From NCBI GenBank assembly GCA_964035575.1, contig OZ037833.1, forward strand, positions 1,612,001-1,676,000: DNA of 64,000 nucleotides, written 5' to 3'. The notes below the pieces were generated by a model that was not told where the DNA came from, did no database searches, and saw only the letters and a list, made by a program, of their open reading frames with translations. This DNA is from Rhynchopus sp. YZ270_cl-10 (taxonomy: Eukaryota). This document shows positions 42,036 to 54,266 of this stretch, in pieces (positions within the stretch are counted from its first letter, which is position 1; each line of letters starts with the position of its first letter). Made by a program: the position numbers and the translations under genes.

Positions 42036-44423
42036 AAAGCAAGAACACTTAGAGAGGTGAATGCATTCACTCAGGGTGTATACATTCTTGTACAAGAAAA
42101 AAGGGTTTTTGGTAAGATGATCCAAAGCACCATGTGCTCAGGTATCTTAGAGAAACGACGTTCTTCACTTGAAATACAGGGGATAGGGGGAAGAAGAGAA
42201 AGAAGGGAAAAAAAAAACCTTCCCCGTTCAAACCTGAGAATGAGTGGGAAGAAAAGAGAAGAAGTAGAAAAAAAAATGGGGGGAGAAAGACATAAATGTA
42301 AAATATAAGACGACGGGTATAGGGGCACTGTATCATCTTGATAGTAAAACACGCACCATTTTTCCACCTTTTTTTTTATTGCAATCATTCAAACTCATGG
42401 CAATAGGTAATAACAATAATAGAGGGACGTGCCCCGTGCACTTTGCTAATTTTTTTCTTCCCCTCGAGGCAACAAAACGAACCCCTCGCACTTTTTGTTG
42501 TGTCGACAATCACCTGTTAGTGCAGGATCTGTACCCAATGTCGCCTGAAGGCTATTGTACCTATTTTATCTGCACTACTTTCCCCCCCCCTCCCTTCTAC
42601 CAGTTTTATCCTGAAGTCAGGTTTCTCTATGTGGTCATAATACAGTCTGCTGGAGTTGTTTGCAAACTAAAAAACAAACAAAAAAAAAAACATAGGTAAG
42701 GTCGGGCAAATGTTAGGAGAACAAAAATAACACAAAAATCCTTTAAAGAGTGTAGCATGTACTTCTCTTCCTTTTTTGTTTTTTTTTCAACTTCAAAAAG
42801 AAGAAGAAAACATGCAAGACGAATATACCTCTCATGAACAGACATATTTTTTTTAAAACAGAGAGAGGAACGGCAACTACTCCCCCAAAGAATTCCTAAG
42901 AAAGACTGGAAGTGGGGGGGATTGTTTTTCTATAAGAAAAGGGCGCTTTGAAAAACAAAAAAAAATAAAATAAAACGAAAAGAAGAAAAGTTAAGAAAAG
43001 TTTATAAGATGAGCCTAAGCCTCTCGTGCTTAGTCACCTTAGTTAAATGGTGTTTTCGGAAGTCGGTCAACGACCTGTCAGCGACCTGTCAATATCAGGG
43101 GGTGTGTGTATAAAGTCCCTGTGGCAGTGACCTGTCAATACCGACCCCTCCCGGAGCACCATTACAAGATGAATATTCCTCTTTGCGTGCATCAAATCGT
43201 TATCACAATATAGTCGTGAAAAAAAAAAGATTGGGTCTTTGTTTGTGTGCTCAAAACTGGGCGAAACAAAAAGGTGGAAAAAGTGTGAAGCTGCATTTAG
43301 TGTTGAGTGTGTCGAATCAAAGTGAATCAAACAGACAACTTGCAAAAACATAATTTTTTTGTTTTCCGTGTTTTGTTTTCCCAAAAGCGCTGCCTCCAAT
43401 CTTAGTAATGCCAACTAAAAGATGTTGTTTTGTATAAAAAAACTGTCTCAATCTGTTTCCATTTGCCATGTCACAAAAGACGAAAAAAGATTGTTTCATA
43501 TACTAACTATTCTACTGAATAGATGGTATAATAGGGTGCACTAAATGTACCCTACGACGAAAAAAGAGAAAAAAAGAAAGAAAAAAATGTAAGATGAATG
43601 TGCCGTCTCGTACACACACACACACATCTTCGCGAGAAGAAAAAAAAATAGGAATGAAATTTTTTGATGACCCTCTTCTGCATATCGCCTCAAAGCAAAC
43701 GCTCAATAGGAGAAGATGGGGGGGAAGTGCTTTTTTTTTTGTTGTTTTTTTGTTCCCTGCTAACCTGGGTGTTCTCGATACAGTTTCTATTTCAAAAAGA
43801 AATCCCCCCCCAAAAAAAAAAAAAATACAAACTTTCCAAACGTTGACTTTTACTTAAAAAAAAAGTAGGGAGGAAGAGTAGAGGAAATAGGAATAGAAAA
43901 AGTGGCCATCACTCAATTTTATTTTATTTTTTGAAAAATTGATAATGTGTGGACATCTCGCTTTTTTTTTTCTCCGTGTGCACATGAGCTCCTGCACTTT
44001 TTGTTGGTTTGCATTGTTTTGAGAATGTTTCAGACCCCACTCTCACAACCCCTCCCCACCCCCTATTTTTTTGTATATGGTGTCTTCCTAATGACCAAGA
44101 GGGTGGCAATAAGCTAATACCGCCGTTGTAGGTGCACAAATAAATTCAAGATGCGTTCCATTTCCGCAAAGAAAAGGAACGAAAAGCATGACAGGGTATA
44201 GCACCATGCATCTGTGCAGTACAAAAAAAAAAAGGAAAAAAAAGAGAAAAGTTTGTAAGATGAACCTATTTTAGACTCACCTCAAAATCGGAACACCTTC
44301 CCCATTTTTTTTTTTTTAAACCCCCGTCCCCGCCCCTTTGTGTACCACCCTCCCCGCACCCTAAAAACCCCACCATACAACAAGATGACACACATCTCAA
44401 CTCAAAACAAAACAAAAAGAAAA

Positions 44424-47400
44424 CTATCTAAACTGGGGGCTTTGTGGTTCTCTGAATCGAGGGCTGCCTTTTCCGAAGGGTCTGGGGGAGCCTCTGGGGC
44501 TCGCACGCGCGACTATGATCGGGCTAGCGAGGGAGCTGGAGGAGGGACTCTTGCTGCGCGAGATGGCAAGCGGGCTTTTGGAACGCAATTTGAGGGGGTC
44601 GTCTGCACGGCGCTTACTGTCCTCTACGTGGGTGGGCGCCCAACGGCAGGGGATACCTTCCACACCAGCTATCTCCTCCCATTGCGGACTCGACACTACC
44701 ATGGCATGATGTCTTGACGCCATCCCTGAAGAGAACGTACTACTCAACGCCCGCCCCGTTGGAGACGCATGTGTTCCACTGTTTCCATAGGCAGGCAAGT
44801 TGAACCGCATGGAGTGTCTCTTGTCAACTGTAGGGGAAGGTGACTTCGTTCGTGCCCTGGTAGGGGTGGCAGTGCGGACCGGTGTACGGGGGCTTTGCCC
44901 TCTGGCAGGGGGGTGGGTCATGGAGGTGGATTTTCGTCGTCCAGGCATGACCATATCGAAGCTAGGTCTTGATGCAAAAGCGATGGGGGGTGATGTGGAT
45001 GCCATCCGCCGCCGTGGTGCTGCGAAGGTGCGGGAGTGTGGCTGCGAATGGGTTTGAGAGAGAGAGGGTGGCGGTTCGGAGGGTGCCGCCCTTGGGGTAC
45101 CGTTCTGCGCGTTCTGCGCAAGGAAGGTCGCAAACTCGACAGGGTCCTCCACGGCTCCAGGCGGGCTGCCTTCCACAGCGCGCTTCACTGCGCGGGACAC
45201 TACCCGATCGATGCTCGCCTTCATCTTCCACCGCCTCGTTGCAGGCGGAGTATGCGAACGAATCGGAAACAACTCTCCCAAAGTAGACGACAACCCGACC
45301 TGTGGATGTTCACATGTTCTGCCTCTCGGGGACGGACCGTTGTTGCCAACATCGTCAAAAGAAGAGGACCGCACATCCTCCAAGGTGGACATCCGGCGCA
45401 GCGGCAGCGACTCCAACGAGGTGGTCACGGTTATGGGAATCGCGTTGTCGGCCAGTATGCTGTCCAGATCGCGGCGTGGCTGCACGGAGTCTACTGAGGT
45501 GGTCACTGTGATGGGTATCGCACCCTCAAACATATCCTCCACGGACCGCCTCATCGGCGCACCAGGACTAAACGACGGCGTCTCCGCTGAAGGCGACAGA
45601 AGCGAATTCCCCGACCCAGACCGTGGTGTCGTATGTGCCTTAGGCGAATGCGAGCGGGATTTGGGTGAATGCGACCGCGACCTTGCCTTGGGACTCAACG
45701 ACGAAGAGCCTTGCGACTTAGGCGAGAGTGACGATGTGTCCAAATTAGAGACAAACATTTCAAGACTCGACCGCTGCAACAGACTGTGGTGCGTTGTGTT
45801 CGTGGGCCCCCTTCTAGGTGACGGTGACGAGGTGCGTCGAGAAGCATTGGCAAAGGCGTTTCCGTTCAGCATAGACGTGCTCAGCAATGACGAGGCAGAC
45901 GCAAACATCACAGACGGGGCACGCTTCTCAGACGAACTAGGTGACAGAGAGTTGAGCGCACTCACCGACCGCCCCAGCTGGGAGTCGCTCCCATTCGAAA
46001 CCACCTCCAACAGGTCGTCCAGGTCCTCATCATCAATGTCGCACACCTGCAGCATCGGAATAGGGTTGTTCTGTGTCATCGCCTTGAAGCTTCGGTTCAT
46101 CCGATCCGCCTCGTTCTCCACATCAAGCGACTGCGACCGTGAGTTCCCCCGCACGCTCCCCTTCATGCTCCCCCCGAAGCTGCCCTTAATACACAACAGG
46201 CTTTTGGACATGCTACTGCTGCTCCCGGTGGGGCTGGGTTGGCTGTCTGGCACAACCCCATTGGCGACCCTGGGCTGTGACAGCGAACGTTGCGGTGGGC
46301 TGTTGCTATTTGACCTGGGCGGTGACATTGCTCGTTGTGTCTGCGAGCGCTTCTGCGACGACGAGTTTGTCTCCTTCCTGAACCCTGGCAGCTGTGGACG
46401 CGCCGGCGAAACACTGCCACGGATAGACCCTGCAGGGGACACACTGGGCCGTCGCGTGCTCTCCTTTCTTTGCAACGCTGGTGACAGACTTGACCGTGTA
46501 GGTGAGAGCAGGCAGTTCCGCGGCCCCGGCCTCCCAGGCAATGTACTCGACCGTGGTGACGTTTTGGGCGACTGCGACGGACGTGCCGGCGACATGCTGC
46601 CTTTTGTCTTGCGCTTGACAGGGCCTGGACTTAGCATATCCCCTCTCGGCGTCGAAGAAAAGGAATTCCCTTTGGTCGACGCATTCAGCTTCATAGAAGA
46701 GTTGAGGTTCCCCTTTGTGGACGAGGCTAGTAGGTTCTTATGCGACGCTGCTAAAGGGTTCTTCGACGGTCGTGGTGAAGGCGAGCGCATCTTCAAGGAG
46801 TCGGTGCTTGCAGACAAACGGAACGGCGTTGCGCGTGTGCCCTTCAAAGCGCCGTTGCGTGGTGACTTCAACTCCGACGAAGGGTCCCCTTTACGATACG
46901 ACCGCTTCCGCGTCATCATGGAGCCACCTGACAGATGCACGTCACCGTCCTTCGACGGCACACTGCGGCGCACCATCTTGATCGCACTCCTCGCTCGCTG
47001 CAGGTGGCTGTGCTCATCAGGGCTTGAGGTAGGAACACGAAGCTGTGTAGCAGAGCGGCGGGCAGTCTTCTTCTTAAAGGACCCCATGGTCAGGGAGCGG
47101 TTCCGCCCACCGCCTTCTGCAGGCCCCGAACAGCCAGGGGCCATCTTAGGTGTGAGGGACAGCTCAAGAGCGGACACCGTTGACGTGAGGGATGTGTCGT
47201 CCACTGCGTCCAGCATGCGGTCGATCAGGTCGGAGAGCTTTTTGATTTCATCCGTTTCGTACGGCACTTCGTCGCTTTTGAGAAGCGTATCCGCCAAGTC
47301 AAAGTAGTGTGGTGCATTCGAACAGATCTGCTTCAAATCCTTAGGGTCTATCGACGCCTCCTCCATACGCAGTGTCGCGGCCTCTAGGAGGTTGCGGCTT

Positions 47401-49160
47401 TCGCTGTACGCCTCGACGTTGGTGTTGAGCTGTGCATCGGACTCAAGCTGGTCGCGTAGCTCAGACTCCGTTAGCATGTCCTCATCGGGGACGGACAGGC
47501 CCGTGATGATGCCATTCTTATCGATGCGCAGCGGGCCACCATGTGTCCACCCAATGAAGACGGCTTCCCATGGTTCTTCGTCGCCTGCAGACGCGGGAAG
47601 CTCCTCCCGCCGTGCCTTCTTGAGGCCAAGGACACACGCGCGTGCTGGGGTGATGATGTCTTCGATCTGCTTAGAGGATACCACTGCAGTGCCGTTGATG
47701 CTGATGGCCATCCAACCCTCGTAGTGGTGCAGGTTTGCTGTGTCCGCAGGTGAGCCCGGAAGAACAGTGCCAAGGACTACCACGGATGAAGCTCCCGGTG
47801 GCGACTCCGCATCCGGTTGCAGGTCGCGGAACTGTGCGCCTATGGCCGCAACGTTGCTCGCCTTCGCCACAACGACCTCCACCTTGCTCCCGTACTCGTA
47901 CTCGGGGGATTTAAGCCGTCGTAGATACGCAGCCAGCTCGGACGGCGTGAGGTACCCCCTGCTCCCACGCTGGTGCTCGAGTACCGCCCAGGTCCCCTTC
48001 CCAAGGTCCCGCAGCTCGGCCACCATCACTCCCTCTGTAAAGAGCTCGTGAACCTCGTCCGTGGGGTCGCCCGTATCAGAATCAAGTCGTATCGCAAAGT
48101 ATCGGTGACCCGTGAGGTTGTTCGTCGCAGACTGGTACACCGTGCGCTTGCAAAGCCCGGCACGGTTGCCTGACCACAGCGCAGAGCCAAGCGCTGCACT
48201 GTAGTCGTAGTCGGCCACCTCTGCCTGCAGGCCGTACTCGGACTTCACAAACTGCTGCAGCTCCGTGAGACGTCCTGACCCGCCGACGATGAGTGCGTTC
48301 GTGAGCTGCATGTTCTTCGGCAGCTCTGTGGTGATCTTCCTGCACGCCCGCGACACCCGCCCCATCAGCGGTGCCAGAGCAGAGGAGAGCTGCCCACGGT
48401 TGATGATCGTCGTCTTCTCCTTCACACGCACCTCGCTGTCCTTCAGACTCGACAGCTCCTTCTTCGAGTTCTCAACCGCACCCCAGATGACTCGGGTGTG
48501 CACGGTAGGCTGATGTGGTGCGAGGTGCATCATACGCACGTCTACTGCGTGCCCGCCGTATCGGAAGACGCGACACGAGACGACCGAGGCGGAGACACCA
48601 TCTTTGATGCCTTCCACACGGATGGTGCTGACGGAGGTAAACTTGCTGCCACTGTCGATGACGAGAAGGGTTGCGGCGGGTGCGTTGGGCTTGCGCCCCA
48701 TGGACCACTGCAGGGTTGCTGCCACAGAGCAGGAGATGTATTCAGGCCTCGGAAGGCCTGCGGCCATGGCCGCGACGCTGAGCTGCTTTCGTTCGAGCGA
48801 GGTGAGACAGGGCGGGATGGAGAGCGTGAGGTGGCGCAGGAGCTGCACGCCCTTGCGTCGGCAGACCTGCTCGAGCTGTGCGAAGAGCGCTGCTGCGGCT
48901 GCCTCGGGCCACATCTCTCGCTCACCGCCCTTTGGGTGCAACAACAGCGTCGGCTCGGTCAGCACAATGCGCGACACGGGAAAGCGGTACACATTGTCAT
49001 GCTTCGTGTCGAGCTCACGCCGTGCGTCACGCCCCACCAGCAAACGCTCTGCACCCACCGCTACCACCGCAGGCGGCGACCCACCAGAGACTAGCTCAGG
49101 CCGCGACCCAAAGTGCGCCATGCGGAACATCGTGCTCCCGACATCGATCCCAACCGACAT
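44424..49160 (-). CDS. Atypical Hsp70/Hsp110-like protein with PDZ-like insert and ~900-aa S/P/R-rich disordered tail (1578 aa)
   Basis: VGIDVGST, LVIDSGS, YGGHAVD and LIVGGSGRL align with Hsp70 ATPase signatures; PDZ-like VLPGSPADTANL...ISING. Confidence 0.8.
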   Translation of the reverse strand: MSVGIDVGSTMFRMAHFGSRPELVSGGSPPAVVAVGAERLLVGRDARRELDTKHDNVYRFPVSRIVLTEPTLLLHPKGGEREMWPEAAAAALFAQLEQVCRRKGVQLLRHLTLSIPPCLTSLERKQLSVAAMAAGLPRPEYISCSVAATLQWSMGRKPNAPAATLLVIDSGSKFTSVSTIRVEGIKDGVSASVVSCRVFRYGGHAVDVRMMHLAPHQPTVHTRVIWGAVENSKKELSSLKDSEVRVKEKTTIINRGQLSSALAPLMGRVSRACRKITTELPKNMQLTNALIVGGSGRLTELQQFVKSEYGLQAEVADYDYSAALGSALWSGNRAGLCKRTVYQSATNNLTGHRYFAIRLDSDTGDPTDEVHELFTEGVMVAELRDLGKGTWAVLEHQRGSRGYLTPSELAAYLRRLKSPEYEYGSKVEVVVAKASNVAAIGAQFRDLQPDAESPPGASSVVVLGTVLPGSPADTANLHHYEGWMAISINGTAVVSSKQIEDIITPARACVLGLKKARREELPASAGDEEPWEAVFIGWTHGGPLRIDKNGIITGLSVPDEDMLTESELRDQLESDAQLNTNVEAYSESRNLLEAATLRMEEASIDPKDLKQICSNAPHYFDLADTLLKSDEVPYETDEIKKLSDLIDRMLDAVDDTSLTSTVSALELSLTPKMAPGCSGPAEGGGRNRSLTMGSFKKKTARRSATQLRVPTSSPDEHSHLQRARSAIKMVRRSVPSKDGDVHLSGGSMMTRKRSYRKGDPSSELKSPRNGALKGTRATPFRLSASTDSLKMRSPSPRPSKNPLAASHKNLLASSTKGNLNSSMKLNASTKGNSFSSTPRGDMLSPGPVKRKTKGSMSPARPSQSPKTSPRSSTLPGRPGPRNCLLSPTRSSLSPALQRKESTRRPSVSPAGSIRGSVSPARPQLPGFRKETNSSSQKRSQTQRAMSPPRSNSNSPPQRSLSQPRVANGVVPDSQPSPTGSSSSMSKSLLCIKGSFGGSMKGSVRGNSRSQSLDVENEADRMNRSFKAMTQNNPIPMLQVCDIDDEDLDDLLEVVSNGSDSQLGRSVSALNSLSPSSSEKRAPSVMFASASSLLSTSMLNGNAFANASRRTSSPSPRRGPTNTTHHSLLQRSSLEMFVSNLDTSSLSPKSQGSSSLSPKARSRSHSPKSRSHSPKAHTTPRSGSGNSLLSPSAETPSFSPGAPMRRSVEDMFEGAIPITVTTSVDSVQPRRDLDSILADNAIPITVTTSLESLPLRRMSTLEDVRSSSFDDVGNNGPSPRGRTCEHPQVGLSSTLGELFPIRSHTPPATRRWKMKASIDRVVSRAVKRAVEGSPPGAVEDPVEFATFLAQNAQNGTPRAAPSEPPPSLSQTHSQPHSRTFAAPRRRMASTSPPIAFASRPSFDMVMPGRRKSTSMTHPPARGQSPRTPVRTATPTRARTKSPSPTVDKRHSMRFNLPAYGNSGTHASPTGRALSSTFSSGMASRHHAMVVSSPQWEEIAGVEGIPCRWAPTHVEDSKRRADDPLKLRSKSPLAISRSKSPSSSSLASPIIVARASPRGSPRPFGKGSPRFREPQSPQFR

Positions 49161-50373
49161 GACGCCCTCAGGTCAGGGGTGCGAAGGAGCGGATCTGTTT
49201 CAACAGGGCTGTTTCGGGGTGCCACCCCACTTCAACGACACGCCAACGTACCAGAGTGAGAGCGAAGTGTTTGGTGTACGCTCTCCTGGGGGATGATGTG
49301 GTGGGGGATGTGGTGGTGGTGGTGGTGACAGAAGAAAATGGGAAGGGGTGACCTTTTTTTTCGCTTTTATCTAACGGTATTGCAGTAAGACAAAAGGGCT
49401 TGGGCTACTTGGGTTGTGCTGCGGAACAATACTAACGAGTGTTGGTCCCGACTGACCTTAGGTTATGTGGGGATGGTGTGGGAGGTGCGAGGGTTGTGCT
49501 GGGCACATAACACAAAACATTTTGGAAAGTTGTGAAGGGTCAAGCAGAAGCGTGGCCTTCTTTGGTGATGTGTCCCTTCCTTGTACCAATAAAAATAGAA
49601 TTAGGCTTTGCCACGTATTGCACAGAACCTTGCGCTACCTAAGAAAAGTATATAAGATGACCCTACGTGCTTCATCACCTTCAAGGCTTGATCACATTCG
49701 TGATCGTATAAAAAAATAATAAAGTTGAAAAGGTGCAAACACCTCATACACCAGGCAGACGCTGTCACAATAAATAAGCATGTCTGCAACACCCCTGACT
49801 CTCACTAAAAAGCAAAAAAAAACACCGCCTCAAAAAACTGTTGCGGGTTTTGCAAAAACACAGCATAAAAAAAAGTCATCCCAAAACTTTGGAGGGAAAC
49901 AACAGTGTTTTATCGCATCTATGGAAATACTGGAAAGATGACTGCTACCCGTAGAGGCAAGACAACAATCACCTTTATATGAGAAAAGTGGCTGGGAAGA
50001 AAAAAAAGGGGAAACATTTTTATAAGATGACCCTATCTCTCTGTACAGTCACTTTGCTTTAAATTGACTTGAAATACGCCGACGACAGTGCACCTATATA
50101 AAAAAAAAAGAGTTTTTGGAAAGATAAAACCTGAGTCTCTCTGTGCACAGTGACCCTGAAAGAGTTGGTTGTATGACTCCTTGAGCCTCTGCTTAGTGAA
50201 CACTACAAAAGGCAAAAAAGGGGTTGAATATGTATTTGAAAGCATGTTAGGCGGTTCCGCAAGAGGCGGAACCTTGCCTAGTGATGTGTGTTGTGTCTCT
50301 CTCGCTGCTTTTTTTTAAAAGCCACTTCAATGAATAGAAGCTCATTAGAAGACAAAAAAAAATAACAGTTTAT

Positions 50374-50449
50374 GGTGTGGCCGACGACCCCAAAATAGCA
50401 GAAAATAGCAGAAAGTAGCACAAAAATAGCACCCCCTTTCAGCCACACC
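50374..50449. mobile_element. Miniature inverted-repeat element, copy 1 (76 bp)
   Basis: TIR GGTGTGGC(C/T)GA...TCAGCCACACC around AAAATAGCAG repeats; flanked on both sides by AGTTTAT. Confidence 0.75.
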
Positions 50450-51063
50450 AGTTTATGACGCGATCGAAGCGCAAGTTGATTACAACGTCTTTACAAAGTG
50501 TTCGCAGGGTAAAAGGGGTGGTATTAGGAGTAAAAAAACCCCCGAAGTCTTTATAAAGTCTTCAGTCTTTACGGTGTACTCTGCAACCTTCGACCACAGT
50601 TAAGATGAACCTAAGCGTGCTTAGTCACCTTTTGATCACATTCATAAAAAAAAGGTTGGATTTTTTTGACATACAAAGCTCTCTCGTGACAGTGTACCCC
50701 AAAAAAAAAAAATTCAAACAATGAAACCGTATGACTACTAAAACCTGAACAAAAAGATAAACTGAAATTTGACAGAAAGAAAAAAAGAAACTGTGCCAAA
50801 GAGAAAAGTTGGTAAGATGAGCCGACGATGAGGCTCGCTGCGAATAGTCACATAAAATAATAAGAGAAGTTAGAAAAAGTCCAAACGCCTCACCGTACAC
50901 CGGACGGAACGTTAAATGCACAGCCTCGTTTAACCCAACGAAAAGACAAAAAAAGGGAGAGTGCACCCTCTAAGGCATTGGGAATATTGCGCGTTTTGTG
51001 GCTAACAAAACAAAGTAACGTTGCAAGATGAATGTACAACGTTCACACATCATTGATTTTTTT

Positions 51064-51108
51064 GGGGGGTCATATTCTGCGCAAGAATTACCCCTATTAG
51101 TTATCAAA
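51064..51108 (-). repeat. Hairpin family 5, copy 1 (second copy ~59138-59183)
   Basis: CATATTCTGCGCAAGAATTACCCCTATTAGTTATCAAA is identical at both loci, each time next to a family-1b copy. Confidence 0.85.
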
Positions 51109-52466
51109 ACACATTAACAGTTACCACTACGCAACTGTGATTTGTGGCCAAAAAAAAACAACGAAAACGGCAGACGCAGACCTTTAGAAAAGTTTAAAAG
51201 AGCGAGTGTCAACCAAGCCTCTTGTACGTGGACACCTTTAATGATGGATGTGCAGATACACACATATTTCAATAACCCATGACCAAGAGGAAAGGGGTGG
51301 TGGTCTCCTGAAAGTCTCCAGGCGCATGAAAGGAGAGAGGAAGAGGCACCCACGACGGGGGGGAAATAGTAACTCTGATAGGTAAGTAAAAGGAAAAAGG
51401 TGGTGAACGTCGCCTTCTCTACGGTTCTGCAAACCCGCTTTATCCAGGAAACACTATTTGGTTGTGATCGAAACTTCACCCTTTTCCCCTCAATGACACT
51501 TCTGATTCTGTTTTCTATCACACCCAAAAAAAGGGGAGCTTTTCCAAACAAGTGTGGAAATCACACCCCTGATGACTACACGTTTCCAATTTTTAAAAAT
51601 AAAATGAATGAAAGATGAACGGGCCTCACGGAGTACATTTCTTTCAAAAAAAATCGAGCTGAACGGAGGCAGACAGGCAAGTGAGGGGAGGTGTGTTTTT
51701 TTAGGCTCTCAAAGTAACAAGGGGATTGCTGAAGGAGGGAATCTCAGACAGGGTATTTTTTTTCTTTTTCTTTTTTTCTCGTGGCGACGAATTAGTTGAC
51801 GCCTCGGTAACCATCACACCCCTTACCCCGTTTGGTTTTTAGTTCTTGTTTCTTTAGGTGTGGGGGTTTTTTTTTTGAGCACTAACCATCTGGTCAGAGG
51901 GTGGGGGAACACGGTGACGGGAAGGAAGTTCGCTTTGCTGACACAATAGCATCTTATTGTAAGTGTATCCCTGTTCTGCGCTGTTCTGCGCCACAAACAA
52001 AAAGAGAACAGGTCAGATGAACCAATCCTTTCATGGTTTGCCACCTTGTGTCAAAGATGAAAATGAATAATCAAATAAACAAAACGAACCAAAGAATAAA
52101 CCAAAAAGGAAACGGCTGCGTTCTGACCATCTGCATGGCATCTGACCGTTTTCAGATTATCAAAGACAAACACACAATAAGTGTTACAGCATTTTTACCA
52201 CAAAAATGCCCCCCCTCCCCTCCCCTCCCTTAGCCCTTCACCCCTCGGTTAAAACGGCCGTTCATTCGGCTATAGAACACTTCTTGCAGAAATTGTCACA
52301 AAAAAAAAAAAAAGAAATTTAAAAGATGAAAGTGTCTCTCGTACACATTCATGTCATCAAAGAGAGGTTAGAGCTGACCCACTGGGTCTCCTTACACAAG
52401 AGAAGTCTTGATTAGACTCGCGTTGCAATCATTTTTTTTGGTACCAACTTCACAAAAGCTCCTACC

Positions 52467-54266
52467 CTACCCTTCGGTGTCAACCTGTTCATTAAGATCT
52501 TCGTTTATGTCTGGGAGTGAGGCAGGGATGTCGCTGGTGTGGGAGGTGATTTCTATTGGGGGGACGAGGGGGTGGGCGGAGGGGCTTTCTGCAGCGCTTT
52601 GTGCGGTGGAGAGCACGCTTTGTTTGCGCGCAGCGCTGTGTGCTTCAGATTCTGGAGATGATTCTGGTGCATCTGGCGTGTCGGGGACCTCCGGAGGGTC
52701 GTCTTGCGAGGCAATCTCATCAAGCGTATCTGTCATAGGGAAGTCACCTAGGTCGTCGTGACTCTCCTGTCTCCTCCCAACGAACGCTTCGATGTCTGCC
52801 TCAAGATTTGCTGGATCCGCAAAACGCAGGTTCACATCATTCATATCATTCACATCACCCGCAGTCGTTGCAAACGAGGTGTTCACATTGGTCGACGGCA
52901 GCCTCAGCAACAACCTTGCTTCGCGGTTGTCGTCCTCCTTTTCGCATGTTTCAGGCAAGAAGGAGGACCGAGGCGCGTAGTCATCATATGCGTCGGCACA
53001 GTTCCCAGAGACAGCAAGCTTTGGGTCGGTGTTGAAGGTGCGCTCTGCAGTCACCTCCTGCGAGTTATCCCCCGTCTCCACCCCTATGCGTCGTGTCTCG
53101 TCCCACGCTTCCTCCTCTGCGGACACAGCAGAGGTGGCACCGTGCTCCCGAGAGGTGCAGGACTGTCCGTTAGAAGGGCTGCACTGCACGGAGCCATGCG
53201 TCGCGTGAGAGTCGGTCACCTTTGTGTCAGAAAAGTCGTGCCCCGGCTGTGTCGGGTCGAGGTAGAGCTGTGTATTGGTCGGGTCGATTTCAACGTCAAT
53301 CTCCGCCAAAGCGTCCAAAGCAGCTGACGCCGCAGAGGACCCATAGGTGACGTGGGAAGAGCCGTGCATGTTGACAGAGAGGTTGAGTGAGGGGACCGGT
53401 GGTGGTGATGCAGGTGGGGTAGGGTTGGCTTGGTGTGCGGTGATGGGTGCTGGGCCCAGGGCGATGGAGACGCTGTCGTGTGTGGCAAGCTGTGCGGTGG
53501 TGTCGCCTTGGAGCTTGCAGCGCACCTTGGCAATGAGGCCACCTTCGATCTCGTTGTCACGCAGGTCAAGAAAGCTGAGGTGTGCGACACGCCCTGCCTC
53601 GGGCCCAAGCACCTCCTCGACAGCCGCCTCGGTCACAAGCTTGATGCGGTTGCCGCCCAAACGCAGGTCCGACAGCGAGGTGCTCCGCTCTGCGGCAGAG
53701 ACGAGAAGTGTGAAGCCCTCGTTGCCTATTCGGTTTGCAGACAGGTTGCACATCTGCAGTGCAGTGTTGTCCATGATTGTGCAAATATGTGACGCGCCCA
53801 CATCACTGATGCGGTTGCCTGAAGAGGTGGTGGTGAAAGACATGAGTGTGCTGAGAGTGTCGTGGTGCATACCTGTCAACACCAACGTCTGCAGAGCCAT
53901 GTTCCCGTGCAAACCTTCGCAGAGTTCCGCAAGCAGCTCGTCATTCAGGCCGCACCAATTCAAAGTGACGGAGCGGAGCTGAGGGTTAGCAGAGAGAACT
54001 GCACTGAGGCGGGTTACGTGCGCGGGGCTGTGAGGGGGAGGGGAGGTGGGAGGATGTTCAGTCTTCATCGACACCACGGAGATGATAATTAGTATAACCT
54101 TGTCGTTTGTTGTGTTGGCAAGCTATCCGCGAAAAAGAGGGGAGGTGGTGGGCGAATACCTTAACTTCATGCCACTGAGGTTAGCTTCTGTAGCGTCCCC
54201 ACGCTCTGTTTCCAGCTGCTCCATGTTTGATGATGCTGCATCCCCTGCAGAGCAGCATGCCCCCAT
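52467..54266 (-). CDS. Leucine-rich-repeat (RNI-like) protein with N-terminal dual acylation motif; introns 54028-54159 and 53819-53872
   Basis: Exon 1 starts MGACCS. LRRs LRSVTLNWCGL, LQTLVLTG|NRISDVGA, LQMCNLSANRIGNEG and LSDLRLGGNRI; acidic tail. Confidence 0.85.

Noticed and set aside
42501..42559. Family 4 as a hammerhead or HDV-like ribozyme
   Set aside because: The CUGANGA/GAAA core is absent and I could not build the HDV nested double pseudoknot by eye; kept only as an unclassified structured repeat.
40560..44400. Many short F/K-rich ORFs in the long spacer
   Set aside because: Products of poly-A/poly-T low-complexity sequence; no coding signal.
45211..47307. 698-aa plus-strand ORF (similarly 11826-13139, 29668-30717, 32151-33467, 60204-61178)
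   Set aside because: Antisense to well-supported minus-strand genes; expected from GC-rich codon usage, with no motifs of their own.
50248..50280. Strong isolated hairpin TAGGCGGTTCCGC-AAGAG-GCGGAACCTTGCCTA as a rho-independent terminator
   Set aside because: Eukaryotic context, no adjacent U-tract, and a single copy in the window; function unsupported.
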